Shown here piece after piece: positions 25,110-40,109 of a stretch of DNA of 64,000 bases (positions within the stretch are counted from its first letter, which is position 1; the number at the start of each line of letters is the position of its first letter). Origin of the DNA: Octopus bimaculoides (taxonomy: Eukaryota); assembly GCF_001194135.2 (NCBI RefSeq), contig NC_068981.1, positions 142,786,928 to 142,850,927 of the forward strand, read 5' to 3'. A program made the translations under genes and the position numbers. The notes under the pieces were generated by a model. The model did not search any database, was not told the origin of the DNA, and was given only the letters and a program-made list of their open reading frames with translations.

Positions 25110-26125
25110 TATGTATAATATAGCATTTAAGTAATGTGATGGAGTGTGCTGCCTATATCACTTATTTATTTGAAGATATATTTCACTGTTTTATACACGA
25201 TATATAAGTCAGGAAATGTTTCGGGACAAATCATATGCTAAATACTGTATAATAATTACGGGTCCTCACTCTTTCCCTTATGTGTCATGGCTTTAACATA
25301 CAAATGTCCAATGAGAAATATTTCATAGGAAATTTAATATCTTCTTAGACTATATCTCGCCCCATCCTCATAATGTTTATCAAATTTTATTTTACATTAT
25401 CACATCAATAAACGATCGAAGTAATAAATTTACATATAATGAAGACTACTCGTAAAAGCCTTTTTCAAAAGTTTTGACGATTTTTAGTAAAGCACTGATC
25501 ATTGTACAATATGAACACATAAATCAGATGACGCCAGAAAGGAAGAAGACAATAATGTAATAATCAAACATCGGTGGTGCCCTCTGTACCTCGAAACCAT
25601 AAACACGGCTTTGTGAAGTTTAGAGTTTAAATCGAGCGAGTATTAAGTAATAAAATATACGAATCAATCTCAGAATTAAAATGCCTTTCAGTGTGTCACA
25701 GTGTGTACCGTCATTTGTAGAAAGGCATGCATCTTTTTAAAACTATTAATGCTCTTTGTTCCTGATATTGACCCTATCGCTAATAATATCTATCACACTA
25801 CATCAGACAGTGATTGATTTACACTATTCAACGTATAACTTGCTCCTTTTATGATTTATAGCATATTGAACAATGTAAGATTGAGAAGGTCAGAGAGTTT
25901 GAAACACAGAAAACATTAACGGCGAGTTGTGTAACGTTGCATCAAGCTTATTGGGAGAATGTATTGATATGTACTCAATAATGTGGTTGGTACCAGCATA
26001 TCAAAAAGATTATAATATACTCTAAAGCTAATTCTAGATATCAATAACGATTCACGTCTCTCTTTGGAAAATTGTTTGCGTGCATACACACACAAACACA
26101 CACACACACACATATATATATATAT

Positions 26126-26297
26126 TTCTTTATTGCCCACAGGGGGCTAAACACAAAGGGGACAATCAAGGACAGACAAAGGGATTAAGTCGATTACATC
26201 GACCCCAGTGCGTAATTTGAACTCAGAACGTAACGGCAGGCGAAGTACCGGAAATCATTTCGCCCGGCGCGCTAACGATTCTGCCAAATCGCCGTCC
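26126..26297 (-). mobile_element. tRNA-derived SINE (family B), internally deleted
   Basis: Minus head ggcgatttggcagaatcgttagcgcgccgggcgaaatg...gttctgagttcaaatt (A/B-box-like), body gggtcgatgtaatcgact, tail tgtcccc...gcccc ctgtgggcaataaagaaa. Confidence 0.8.
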
Positions 26298-27229
26298 TAA
26301 CCGCGTGTGTAGGGTTGGCGATTTTCTTTCTCCATCTTCCCTTCCAATATATATATTGGAAAGTTTGGAGGTGATGTACAGGAATTATGTATTAGAAAAA
26401 ATAAAGTACTCAGATAACTGGATGGTTGTATATTTACAGATTTTTATTAATATGTCTCATGTTTTATAAATATTAGCGCTTGCACCTATTCTTGTAGGGT
26501 TTTCAAATATGATTTTACTTTCAGAGAGTTTCTCTTTTTATAGTATTATTGAAAGTGTAGGGGTGGAGAGAGATATATAGGATAGTAAAAGAGGGTGAGG
26601 AATGGAGGGAACAGTGAGAGGGAGTGTATACCGACACAGACAACTGAGCAAACGCATGAGTTTAGAATAATCGATGCAGTGTTATGTATACAGTGTATAC
26701 TAGATACGCCAAAATACTCACATGTATTACAAAATATAATAGCGAAGACAAATATAGTATTAACATTAAAATCTAAACGATATGACTTAGAATATATCTG
26801 AATAGTACATAAATAATCATATGAATAAATACAGAAAATAACATAGAATATCATAGATAAAAAAATTTTAAAAAATAAATTGAGGTAGAAATAAAATACT
26901 ATAATGGCATACAAGAAATGATGATTAAAGTACGTATAAAAATTTAGGGTACAACTTAATGCATACTAGAAATTAAACTATATCATTATTCCTGTTAGAA
27001 TATAACTTTTATCTATGGATGGCGTTTTCAATGTGAAGAGTAAAGGGCCAGGGCTTTTCATTGTTTCAATGGCTTATGATTGAGCAGAATCCTATTATCT
27101 TATGGTTGATTTATTTTAGACAATAAAATATCTAGATACCACTTTACACATTTAGGATTGTTCAGAGCTGACGATCATAACCAGCGATAAATAATGGTAC
27201 CAATTAGATCGTCTTAGAAAATACTTAAT

Positions 27230-27900
27230 TAAGGAATAACTAGTACCAATTCTATTGAAGTAAACGTCTTAAACATCACTATGAAACTAACTTTATGGTA
27301 CCATAGCCCCAATAGAAAATCTGATGAGTTCGTACGTAATAGTAAATATCTAACCAAACACTTAATATCATTTGTGAAAAGCATTTGGAAAAGAATATTT
27401 GAGTTTTCATCCAATAAAGAAGTTATTGAAGGTATGACTATATTTTACAACGGGGTCTTTTAAGAAGAGGATTTATCGATAAGATAGAAATACATCCCTT
27501 ACCAAGAATTCACTAGTGCTAGGAAACCAGGAAAAGAAGAATCATGTGGTATAACCACCCTTTCATTTTAAACATAAAAAAACAGGTTTTATCAGGTACC
27601 TCTTAAGTTTAATAATTAAGAACTTCCCTAACGATCATAAATTCCATAAACTATTCATAGATAAAACCAGAAATTTAGGTACTGATGCACTGACAATTTC
27701 ACCTCTTCCTTAACTAGAGGTAATAGGGAAAAGGAAGACATTCCTCGCTTAAACTAAACTCTCTCACCAAAAGTACACACCCTCCAAACAGGTAAATGCC
27801 ATCAACGAAATATCGATTACTGTGTTAAAGTCTTAACCAGCAATAACAATGACAATCAAGAATCTAGAAGGTATCCATATTTGAAAAATAGCCATTATAC
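27230..27900 (+). mobile_element. Degenerate Penelope-like element (Neptune-type) thumb/linker to endonuclease
   Basis: YHSPNRKSDEFVRNSKYLTKHLISFVKSIWKRIFEFSSNKEVI; KRRIMWYNHPF (cf. IWFNPPF); LLSLIIKNFPNDHKFHKLF; GKCHQRNIDYCVKV. Confidence 0.75.
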
Positions 27901-28769
27901 GTGTGACAAGGTAACTGTTTTCTCATTCGTTCCACAATAATCCAAAGAAACTCATCACAAGTTCAGAAAGATATGTCTCCTTGATAAGAAGTCAGTTTGG
28001 AAAGTGCCAACGCACGCCTTGAGGCGCCCTGCAACTTTTGCGGGCTATTAGAAAAAAAAATCCTGTATGCACTCACGTCCTCAGGTATGTTCCAATGTTT
28101 GCATCAGCAAACGTATATCTATACGGCTATTTATTACCTATCTGTCCACTTATCTATCTATCTGGATACACCCCCTCCACACACACACATACATATAGTC
28201 TTAGTGTGTATGACCTTGCCATTAGTAATTGTAAAACAAATGTTTCCATATGCTATTAAACACATCTGTGCATGATGTTGGAGCACATAAATTTAACACT
28301 TTTTAACGTCTCATCTCGAGTATATGTATTTATATACGTATGTACGTTTCTTCCATATAGGTATGTATATATGTATGCATGTGTGTGTATGTATGTATGT
28401 ATGTATGTATCCAATTATATAAGCATGCATGTTTGTATGTATGTAGCTGTGCAGGTATATTTACATATATTTGTGTATCCTATGAAATTGGATAATTTTG
28501 CAAGAGTTGCAATATAAAATACCTGAGAAGAACCTGGAGATATCAATATGACTTATTCACATTTACTTAGCCGGTTTCATAATCTCGAGTTTGTGAAAAT
28601 TAATGAAAGATGATGCCCCAAAAACGTATGGGATATAGTTTTCGACAAATATACAATAGCTCCAAGTCACTCTATTTTGTGTGAAAACTATGAAATTCTT
28701 AAAAGTAATGCAAAGAAAAAAATAGTCGTGATGTCTTGAAATGCATTTTCAATTTGTTTCATTATACAG

Positions 28770-28809
<40 letters not shown>

Positions 28810-28819
28810 NNNNNNNNNN

Positions 28820-28856
<37 letters not shown>

Positions 28857-29076
28857 TGTGCGTGTGCATTTTTAGATTAGTGTTTGTACTAGGTTCTCGA
28901 TTACGTATTTACGTAATCATGTACGAATTTATCTCTTTGTTTCTTATATCATGACAACGATTCGAATTTTTGGAAACTTGCATTGGGCTCATATATAGGG
29001 GTGGGCGAGAGAGAAAGAGAGAGAAGAGATATATACATAATATGAAGATATAGATAAACACACACACATATATATG

Positions 29077-29134
<58 letters not shown>

Positions 29135-29339
29135 CGTGTATGTGTGTGTGTGTGTGTGTAGGCGTATTTGTATATATGTCTGTGTATGTGTGTGTCTGTT
29201 TGTGTGTGCGTGTGTGTTTGTGCGTGTGTATTCCTTTATTCTTTTAGTCTTTTATTCGTTTCAGCCGAGCGGCTGCGGTCATGCTGGAGCACCACTGTAG
29301 TTTACCACCGTTAATTATGATTATCCTCTGGCCGATTTC

Positions 29340-30050
29340 CTGTGGATCGTGAGTTTCACATCACCACTCCTGTATGCGCCTTACTCCCAGCAGTTGGCCA
29401 GTTTGTGTATGAGGGAGTTCGATTCGGTTACCCGAGCCTGTACCTCATGCTGGGCCATCGTTTCATCCGGTAATGTTGAGAGGAGGATACCTAGTTCCTA
29501 TTTGAATGCATCTAAGTCCACATTATGTAGGTTTCTTAATCTTTGCAGCAGGGCATTGAATATTTGTGGAACTTTGAACCCTAGGCTATTTCAGTACATG
29601 GTCCTGAATTCAGATGGAGCGGATGGTACGCTTCGTACAATATGACTTCGTCCAATTCTGGATTTTGCATAACATTCAATGACGAAATTTGGTAATAGCC
29701 CTTCTAGTGTTTTCTACATCTAGATAATTACATATCTGTGGCTTCTTCGCTCTACGGTGTTGAGTCGTACTTTGTTTAGTCTCTCCCTGCATCTCATCTT
29801 TTGCACTGTTACAATATTTTTAGTGTAGCGACGTTGGACCGCTTCAAGCTTCGTTGTTAATTTACTATTATATGGTGAACGTATCTGAGAGCACATTAAA
29901 GGCCTTTGCAAAGCCAAGATATATTACTTTGACATCTGAATGGTCCAGCTGCAGTGTCAAAATCCAGTTACAGTGTTATGGTCGCTGTGCTAAGCAGCTT
30001 CTTCCTAGACGGAAGTCATGCCGTGTATTGTTCAGTGAGTCATTTTTTTT
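29340..30050 (-). mobile_element. CR1/L2-like LINE 3' fragment with internal deletion
   Basis: HDFRLGRSCLAQ and DVKVIYLGFAKAFN (RT motifs) joined to KLEAVQRRYTK...RERLNKVRLNTVERRSHRYVII and PQIFNALL C-terminal motifs. Confidence 0.85.
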
Positions 30051-30103
30051 TCTAGGAACATCAGTTTCTTTGTGATGATTCGTTTCATAACCCTGCTGAG
30101 TAC

Positions 30104-30151
<48 letters not shown>

Positions 30152-30228
30152 CTATAAATATATTGTTAGAGAGAGAGAGAGAGAAATAGAGAGAAGAGAG
30201 GAGAGTGAGGAGAGAGACAGAGAGAGAG

Positions 30229-30271
<43 letters not shown>

Positions 30272-30289
30272 GAGAGCGAGGAGAGAGAA

Positions 30290-30320
<31 letters not shown>

Positions 30321-30832
30321 AAGAGAGAGACGGAGAAAGAGAGAGACGGAGAAAGAGAGAGAGAAAGAGGGAGAGAGAGGAGAGAGAAAGAGAGAGAGGG
30401 GGAGAGGAGGGGAGGAGAGAGAAAGAGTAAAGAAGAATGAAAATGTGTATCAGAAAAAATAAGAACTGTTAAACTTAATCTAAAAATATTGGAGTTGCAG
30501 AATATTGGTGAGAAATTTATAAAAAATCTAACACTATACACAGAAGGTAAAATAATAACTGCCGACACTATGATATCAGTGCTTAGAAACCTGATTGTCT
30601 CCTGAAATTTTGATTATATATCTTTACCAATAAACAATATAAAGTAATATATAACAATTGTCTATTATTTCGCAGTGAAGAAAAACGCGGTACATTGTTT
30701 TTTACCATTTGAAATTGAATTTTTAAAAAAATGCTTAATATCTGTCTTCATTCTCCTTCTTCTTTATTTCACTTTTCCTGGTTCTTTGTGGTTGACGTTT
30801 TTGACGTTATAATTGTATCTGTAGAAGAACGT

Positions 30833-30868
<36 letters not shown>

Positions 30869-32808
30869 NNNNNNNNNNNNNNNNNNNNNNNNNNNNNNNN
30901 NNNNNNNNNNNNNNNNNNNNNNNNNNNNNNNNNNNNNNNNNNNNNNNNNNNNNNNNNNNNNNNNNNNNNNNNNNNNNNNNNNNNNNNNNNNNNNNNNNNN
31001 NNNNNNNNNNNNNNNNNNNNNNNNNNNNNNNNNNNNNNNNNNNNNNNNNNNNNNNNNNNNNNNNNNNNNNNNNNNNNNNNNNNNNNNNNNNNNNNNNNNN
31101 NNNNNNNNNNNNNNNNNNNNNNNNNNNNNNNNNNNNNNNNNNNNNNNNNNNNNNNNNNNNNNNNNNNNNNNNNNNNNNNNNNNNNNNNNNNNNNNNNNNN
31201 NNNNNNNNNNNNNNNNNNNNNNNNNNNNNNNNNNNNNNNNNNNNNNNNNNNNNNNNNNNNNNNNNNNNNNNNNNNNNNNNNNNNNNNNNNNNNNNNNNNN
31301 NNNNNNNNNNNNNNNNNNNNNNNNNNNNNNNNNNNNNNNNNNNNNNNNNNNNNNNNNNNNNNNNNNNNNNNNNNNNNNNNNNNNNNNNNNNNNNNNNNNN
31401 NNNNNNNNNNNNNNNNNNNNNNNNNNNNNNNNNNNNNNNNNNNNNNNNNNNNNNNNNNNNNNNNNNNNNNNNNNNNNNNNNNNNNNNNNNNNNNNNNNNN
31501 NNNNNNNNNNNNNNNNNNNNNNNNNNNNNNNNNNNNNNNNNNNNNNNNNNNNNNNNNNNNNNNNNNNNNNNNNNNNNNNNNNNNNNNNNNNNNNNNNNNN
31601 NNNNNNNNNNNNNNNNNNNNNNNNNNNNNNNNNNNNNNNNNNNNNNNNNNNNNNNNNNNNNNNNNNNNNNNNNNNNNNNNNNNNNNNNNNNNNNNNNNNN
31701 NNNNNNNNNNNNNNNNNNNNNNNNNNNNNNNNNNNNNNNNNNNNNNNNNNNNNNNNNNNNNNNNNNNNNNNNNNNNNNNNNNNATATATATATATATATA
31801 TATATAGGGAGGAGATCATAAAATTGTTTCCCATCAATAAAGAGCCTTATAGACGGTTCGTTAGATTCTGATGGCCGCGATCATATAAACCATTTTCAAG
31901 TTGGAGATAAAAAAAACACTGCGGTCAGTTTTTTAACCAAAATATATATTTTCCAAGCCTTAGCTGGGCCGGGCTTGTTGCCCTTAGATCAGGTCCAGTC
32001 GGAAATTTATTTTACGGATGTAATCAACGAACGCGGAATACCATGCTTGTAGAAGTGGACATGGACCGAAGATCTCTTTTCTGAAATTTTAAAGGGTTTC
32101 CGGGTCAAGCGTGTCTTTTAGAATCATTGCCTGCTCTGCTAAGCAAAGCTTCCATCATCTGCTTTTATTTATATAGGAGGACCCCCACCTGTTCAAGAAA
32201 CCTCGATTTAATTGTGCACGGATGTCACTCATGTTTTAGGCGCCACATTTTATATTAGGCTATAGAAAGGTCACTGATAGTTATTGGCTGCTGCATGTTA
32301 TCATAAACTTGAGATAGTCTTGCTACTGTTTATACACAAGGAATTTCATGGTTTCTTTAGAACTTATATAAATAGAAAAATGGTAAAAGATGGAATGAAC
32401 GACATTCTTTATTCAAAACTAATACAATTGTTTCGACACATCTTTACACATTTAATACATTGGTGAGATATTGTGTAACCATTACAATCCATCCTTGGTA
32501 TAAAATTCGTAAGTGATTGTTTAAATAAGTCCTTCGTTAGAACTTTTGTTGTGTAAGATTCCATACCCAATGCAATATGCTATTTTTCAACAGTTCACAG
32601 ACAAAACTAACCGATGAATACAATTATAATAAAAATACAGACAAAATACAATTATAGTAAAAATGCAAAATATAAAAATAAAGAAATAGACATTTGTCTG
32701 GCACTATATCGACGGGTTTACTTTCCTCTCTCCCTATATCTCTGCATTTAACTTTAACGAGTGAAAAATATATGTATACACACACACAAACACACACATA
32801 CACACACC

Positions 32809-32847
<39 letters not shown>

Positions 32848-33429
32848 ACATACACACACACATATATGTATGTATGTATGTTTTAATAGTCACATAGGAT
32901 GAATTCCAAAATGTTAGCCATCATGTGAACTAGTCGTTAAGGAATGTCTATGAAAAGTAGACATCTTTGCAATCACAGCATATTCAAACCATTATGGGCT
33001 CCCTTAAAATCGATTTTCCAAAAAAGTGATTCTGATGTATGACATGGTCGTCTTGCAGACTGTACGGCGCTTCAATTGTAAACCGAAAACACTTGAGAAA
33101 CACTTTTGTTTCCTATTACAAATTAGACATGTTTTCGAAAATTTACCTTCAGCATTTAGGGATAGATGTTCATGTAGCTGCCTGTGAACGGTGCTGATTT
33201 TTTTTCAAATTACAGATAATAGATAATGTATGTAAATCACAACTGAAGTTACCACCTGGTGCTGGAATTCTTACTTTTTGACATCATTACCTGTACCTAC
33301 CAGGAAACTGTCTCAACACTGTCCTTTATACTTTGATAGACAAAAGAACAACTTTATGCATGTGGATCTTTGACTGTCTATTTAATACACGTGATTCTGT
33401 TTAAAATATTTCCCCTTTCATGCAAATTT

Positions 33430-33830
33430 CTTGTGTTATGCGTTTTCCTAGATTTCAAGCATGAGAAAATATCTCGCGGAGGAAGGTTGTCATGGCGACA
33501 CCTACTGAGAGGTCTACACAAAGTTGCAGAAAATATATGGAGAGGAGTATGTGAGCCGCTCACGAGGTACAAGTTTTTCAGACGTTTCGAAGATGGCCGA
33601 AAAAATGTCAGTATTGACGAACATTCTGGAAGAAACGCTACCAAAAGAACTGAGAAAAACATCTCAGATATGCCGGCATCAGTGACGGAAAATCGTCGAA
33701 TCATCAGCCGCAAGTTATCAGAGAATGTGCAGATTGGTTATGGTTCAGTTCAGTCCATCATCACTGAAGATTTGAGTATGAGACGTGTATCTACCAACTC
33801 TGTACAAACCTGCTTTCAGCTGACCAAAAA
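33430..33830 (+). mobile_element. Mariner transposase N-terminal (HTH) fragment
   Basis: FRRFEDGRKNVSIDEHSGRNATKRTEKNI...VTENRRIISRKLSENVQIGYGSVQSIITEDLSMRRVS. Confidence 0.88.
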
Positions 33831-34602
33831 GGCATTCGGGTATATAAATATATTAGAAATAACAATGTTTCTATTCATATATATATATATATATATATAN
33901 NNNNNNNNNNNNNNNNNNNNNNNNNNNNNNNNNNNNNNNNNNNNNNNNNNNNNNNNNNNNNNNNNNNNNNNNNNNNNNNNNNNNNNNNNNNNNNNNNNNN
34001 NNNNNNNNNNNNNNNNNNNNNNNNNNNNNNNNNNATATATGAAGATGCAGACAGAGAGGCAAGACTCAAGGCTCAATGTCACAGACACGCATATATATGT
34101 GTGTGCGTGTGTGTGTGTGCGTGTGTGTGTGTGTGTGTGTGTACATATACATATGAGACGTTTTGGTATCAAGAAGACCCAAAATGTAGGTAAAACCATC
34201 TAGGTGCTACAGCCGGACAAATGCTTACACTACAAGATTTCTCTGAATGAACAACACATGGAATTAATATCTGCACACTATCCTATCCATTGGCAATAAC
34301 AAAATATGAACTCCTGTCGGAATTTACATTCCATAGACAAGAAGCCTCTTTACCCATTCTTCACAGCACATTTCTTGCATAATCGAACTGCAACTGTAAC
34401 ATCCAACATCTATTTCTTATTTTATTCTCATATTTCCCTTTATACTTCCTATATCTCTCCCTTTCCAGAGTAACTTCTTATTTTGAACTCTATTTCCTTT
34501 CTCATAATAAATGTCCTAGAATTTTCACACAAACTTTTCTTTATTGTTGCATTTTATTTAATACACACACATGTTTGTATGCCTGTATACACATACATAC
34601 AT

Positions 34603-34642
<40 letters not shown>

Positions 34643-36895
34643 TACGGGCACCTGTGTACTAACTAAAAACCTGTATCTAGGAGATTTATTTGTATGTGTT
34701 ACTAAAAACTAAGTACATAGTATGTTAACGAAAATAAACTTAACGATCTGTTTGTGTCTGCGCAACTATCATCTTTTCTAACAAAATCAATTATTCCCCT
34801 GTCTCAGACACGCTCGCGTGTACACGTATAATATACTCTGGGATATGTGTGTGCGTGTGCATGTGTACTCACATGCACACATAAGCATATATTACATCAC
34901 TCACATATAAACAAACACAAATGCTCACCTAGAATTAAACCTACAGTTTGCATCCATATACACAAGCAAGCGAGATACGTGTGTGTAACAGAGATATAGA
35001 TACTCACCTCTACAGAGAATGCACATGAACTTCTTTGTCAGATTTCTTATACGTACACACATAAAAATACACACTCAGGCACATACACACACACGCACGT
35101 CAACAGTGACACATGTATGTCCTCGTGTTCACTTTTCATGGAATATAATTTGTAGACAGCCATCACGTCCGTTCGTCAACAAACATCGTTTAAGCCATCG
35201 TACGAATGATTAACTCTGCCGTGAGCCTCAAAATAATATTATCGACTGGGATTTTATCCCAATTCGGTTTAATTCTGTATTTTGCTTTTTGTCATACGAA
35301 TATAGTCATCGTAAACTCAAGTGAAGCACCTACGAGTTTTCACCTACTTCATTCAATCATTAAACTACCTCAATTGTTGCATTTCTGACATATAAGATTA
35401 CTTTTTCCTACAACTATGAGTATACAACTGGAATAAGCGTTTGAATAATGATAGATAATTACCTTTTATCATTTATCACTACAGTTGTGCTCGACTATTC
35501 TGATATCTTTCTTCTGATAGCTTTTAACTTTGTTTATTCTTTTTCACACTTCCTCTTCTAGCTCTCCCCTCAAACACTCGAGAGCCTTCTTCTTTCCAAA
35601 GTAGTTTACACTTCTCGCTCATACAAAATCCGCTATAATGCTGATCAGCCTCAATATATCTTTCCAATTTCGCGTCAGACAAACACGCTATACCATCTAC
35701 ATTTCTATTCTAAGCCGCTGTTTTCAGCACCAGGTCGGCCACATCTTGCTTTTGGTGTAAATTTGCATGTCACCACACACTTTATAACCCATCTCTATTC
35801 CTACCATCTCATTCTTTATGTCTTCTACTCCTAGATACCATTCGTACTACTATTTCATCTATCCACGCCTTATATTACTAACTGTCTTGGGGCTTCACTA
35901 TATCGCTCTTTTCAGCACCCTCGCCATCTGCTGATTTATTTATGTATTGTACACCTCAGCCATACACACACACCAAAACCCCAAATTCTACACTCCACTT
36001 CACTCTACCATCACCACTTTTGCTTTGGCACATCCTACCTTCACCTGTTCCTACTCAAACCCATTTCATTCCAAGGGCTTCTCATGACGCCTGCTATTAT
36101 CTACGCTTTCGACTATCAGAGGGTTATCTATATTGTGAGATCTCCATATTGTGAACTTGTTCCCTTCTCCTCACAACATCTGCTATCTCCAACCACATTA
36201 TCTAAACACATAACATCCCTGTTATGTATTATTCCATCCATCCAAATTATTTTTTAATTATTACTTCTCTGCTCACCCTATATTCTAGATTTGTAACCGC
36301 CTCAAACGTCTGATATACAAGTATTCGTACTACTCCGTCCAACCTTAACTGATTGCATCCCACTCTATGTCCATGACAACATACATGCTCTTCTACACTT
36401 CACCTAATCGTATCGAAGAATCAACATTTTTCTGAGCGTTTCTTTAATGTATCCGACATCACCAAACAAGCCTCCTCATCGGAAAATCTCGAGTAAAGCC
36501 GTTTATTAACGTTTAAGTTCCTCCCGATAATTGACTGTTGATATGATTGCCTATATCTATACACTAATACATCATTCGGGTTTTGGAAAGTTCTAAGCTT
36601 TTTATTTTTAAATTTGTATCTAGAATATTAACATCGAGTAGCTTAGTATCTACATTAATATTGTATACATTAAGTCCTATTTCCTAACATACTTTAATCA
36701 CTTGTTTCCTGAATCTATCAACTTATCACTCTTACAATTTCTGCACGAAAGTAAGACGTCATCACGATATAAGAAAACAGTATATTTTAGGAAATTTCTT
36801 TCTCAATAAATTCAGAATATTTAGCCCTATAATTTCGTTCATATATTGAACTTCATACACAGGCACACACACACACATAGGCATACATGTATATA

Positions 36896-37822
36896 TACGA
36901 TGTCCGATCACAAAATATTGGTAATTTTGCTATGGTAACGGAGCTAGAGTACGCAGAATGAAGCCGCTTGAAACTGTTTAACGTTCAACACCTGTTGCGC
37001 ATGCACACTATGCTATTACGTTCTCAGTCACGTTGTTTATAGCAGTGCTTGTAAGTAAAGTGTGTATAGTGCGGTCGTCTCACCGAACCAAAGCAGTTTC
37101 TTCAGTGACCAAGGCCTTTGCCAAAAATTTGGAGCTACCTGCACAGCGACCTCCTATGCAATGTTGCAAGAAGCGTATGTAGAGAAGTGCGTGAGCCGCC
37201 GGACACAAACATACGGATAGTTAAATTGTTTCTAAAATAGTTGACACAATATCGAATGAGAGAAACCACATAAAGGCACTATCGATTATATCCTTCGACT
37301 ACAAGGATATAATCGATAGTGTCTTTATATAATCGATAGTGTCACTAAACAAGGAGTACAGACGTGACGTGATGCAGCGTTTGTGGGATGTTTCTCGTCG
37401 GAAAGGAACAGAAGTGTATATGGCAGATGAGTGGCAACTCCACCATGATATCTTACCCGCCATTTCAGCTCAGTTTGTGCAGCAGTCTCTCACCAAGCAA
37501 AACATTCCCCAGGTCCGACAGACACTATATTCTTCAGATCAAGCCGCTTGCGGTATCTTTTCGTCTTTCCAAAGACCAAATTCCACTTGAAAGAATCAAG
37601 ATCTCAAGGCGTCAGAGAAATAAACAGAATGCACCGACACAGCGTCCTGCTTTCGCTAAAACAAGGAGTACTAGGAATGCTTTCTCTCAATGGAAACGAC
37701 GCTGGATAAAGTACGTATCTTCAGATTGGGACTACTTTGAAGTAAACTAAATGACGAATTAATATGTGTAATACTTTCTTATTTATATTACCAGTGCTGA
37801 TAATTTTTGATCAGTCGTTGTA
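36896..37822 (+). mobile_element. Internally deleted mariner element with both ends
   Basis: Imperfect TIRs tacgatgtccgatcacaaaat / ataatttttgatcagtcgttgta flanked by TA; WQLHHDILPA...QNIPQVRQTLYSSDQAACGIF and WKRRWIKYVSSDWDYFE* motifs. Confidence 0.85.
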
Positions 37823-38639
37823 CGTATGAGGCATTTAATCACGGGAGAGTACAGCCACTCAAAGGATCCGTTGCTGCCAAGGGTTCCCGCTTCAGTGAAT
37901 AAAACAATAGAAGAAAATGAACCTTATATTATTTTTTATAAAATGATGATTATATATCAGTCTTTTGCGAAAAGTTTGGATTTGTCATTGATCATTATTA
38001 GATACATACGAACCGTGTGAGTGGCGAATGCAAGGAAACAGCCACTATTAACGTCAGTGAGAAAAATAACCGCCTGCAGTTGACAATGCATATAACTAGA
38101 AACACCTCTCCTGAGAAATACAACAACAAGAGATAGTAGAATTATATAGTTGAGAGGGGGACGGAGGGAAGAAGGATGAGGGAGGGAATTAGGATGAGGG
38201 AGGGAAGGAGCAAGAAAGAGAGAACGAGGAATAGGGAGGAAAGAGGGACAGTAAGTGGGGAGATAGAAAGTGAAAACCTTAAGGATAACAATCTTAGTAG
38301 ATGAAAGAGAAATCAAAATATTTAGGTTCCCATCCTCCGCAAGTATTCAAGAGACAGTCTTTGGCATTACATTATGATTAATTGAAATAAATAAATAAAG
38401 AAAGAAAGAAAGAAACTGGAAGAACAAGTTTCAAATGTACCACATACAATAAAAGAACATCCAACAATAGTTGACAAGCTGTTACTGAATTTTTTCCACA
38501 TGTTCAGCCAATGGTATAGCCTATATTACCCTATATGAATACATCTAAGCGTCGCCTTTACGTAAATATGTGAATGTGTGTGTGTTTATGTGTGTGTATT
38601 TGTATGACGATAATCAACACAGAAGGTAGAGCTCAATAC

Positions 38640-39115
38640 CGATGAAATAGAGGATGTATTTCAGATATAATACCACTATGGACATACGTATACAGTACTA
38701 CAGCTGCACATCTCGTCGAATTATCCGATATTCAATTGGTAATCGATACAGGACCCAGCCTTTTTTCAGGTTAGCTACCATGAGAGGCAATCCTTCATTT
38801 TGTAATTCACACCGAATGCCGAGGTCTATTGTCAAAGAAAGTATGCTTGTGAGATGAAAATGCACTCACATACACAGTCGACCACAACGGTGAAAACATT
38901 GAAAATTGGGTTTCGAGTTGCTGGTACATCCTGCACACAATCCAGACCTCATCACTACTATCTATCACATTGTTCTCGCTGGACCTCTCCAAAATCTTTT
39001 ACGAGATCGTCAGTGCAGGAAGAGGTGAATATATGGCTGGCGACCAGTCCGAAACCGTCTCCGTTCAAATAAGAACTTTACAGAAACCTGGAAGACATGC
39101 ATCCGAAGCAAAAGA
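38640..39115 (+). mobile_element. Degenerate mariner transposase C-terminal fragment
   Basis: RGLLSKKVCL*DENA (HDNA), TTVKTLKIGF, LVHPAHNPDL (HPPYSPDL), VNIWLATS, W.TC...NYIEE* across frames. Confidence 0.78.
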
Positions 39116-39761
39116 AACTATATTGAAGAATGAGCTAAATGTTCAACCCTTGCATTTAGTAACTTATAGTAACTTACAGAACAAAAAGTGCCTATAATAT
39201 TCCTAAGTACTTTAACTCAACGCCATCATATATTACAAGCACCTTAATTTATGCATTGAGTTCTATAGCTAAGGTTGTTATAACCAATATTCTCTTCATG
39301 TGTTTACCGTATAAATAGATAAAGACGAAGACATTAACGATCGCTGGATGTTTGTACTCATCAATCAAATTGTCTATCGAAATCTAACCCTCATCACTTT
39401 TTTTTCTAAACGTCTGAAAAAGTCTTTTATTCAGGCGTAAAGATACATAAAAGCACATACACACAGGCACGCACGCACACACACACACGTGCGCAAGCAC
39501 ACGTGCACGTACACAAGCACACGTGCACGTACACATACATACACACAGAGACATTTAAGGAGGTATACTTATAAGTACGTGCAGTATATTTTTAAAAAAT
39601 AGCCTACTGTATGTTTAAATATTCACATTAATATTCCTTCGCCCTGTATTTAACTACTATTTCTGATATATATATATATATATATCTATGTATATTAATA
39701 TAACACGTACATACATACAAGCATACATAAATACATGCACAAACATACACATACACCCCCC

Positions 39762-39840
<79 letters not shown>

Positions 39841-40109
39841 AGAGACAGGCAGACAGAGACAGATGTGCACTTATATAAATGCAGATATATAAATTAATTG
39901 ACAGATAGATATATATTAATATATATTTCTATACATGGGTGTTTGTATATGTATCTTGTGATCATTCCCCGGAAAGTCAACAAGCTAAAAATAGATGTTA
40001 TACTCTAAATTATCGTAGCGAAATCTTCCCAATAACGACTACTGTTTTATCGCGTATTTTAAGTACGTTAAATTTGCAGCACATCCTGGCGCCCTTAAAT
40101 ATTCTTTTC

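Noticed and set aside
26342-26361. Perfect 20-bp palindrome ttccaatatatatattggaa
   Set aside because: Centre is (TA)n; only 6-bp unique arms, expected by chance.
31810-32620. Moderately GC-balanced unique stretch that might be a transposase or exon
   Set aside because: All six frames are interrupted and no motif was recognised.
35450-36450. Strand-skewed tract with faint AP-endonuclease (RTE-like) words on the minus strand; similar at 49380-49650
   Set aside because: Motifs too decayed to call without a frameshift-aware alignment.
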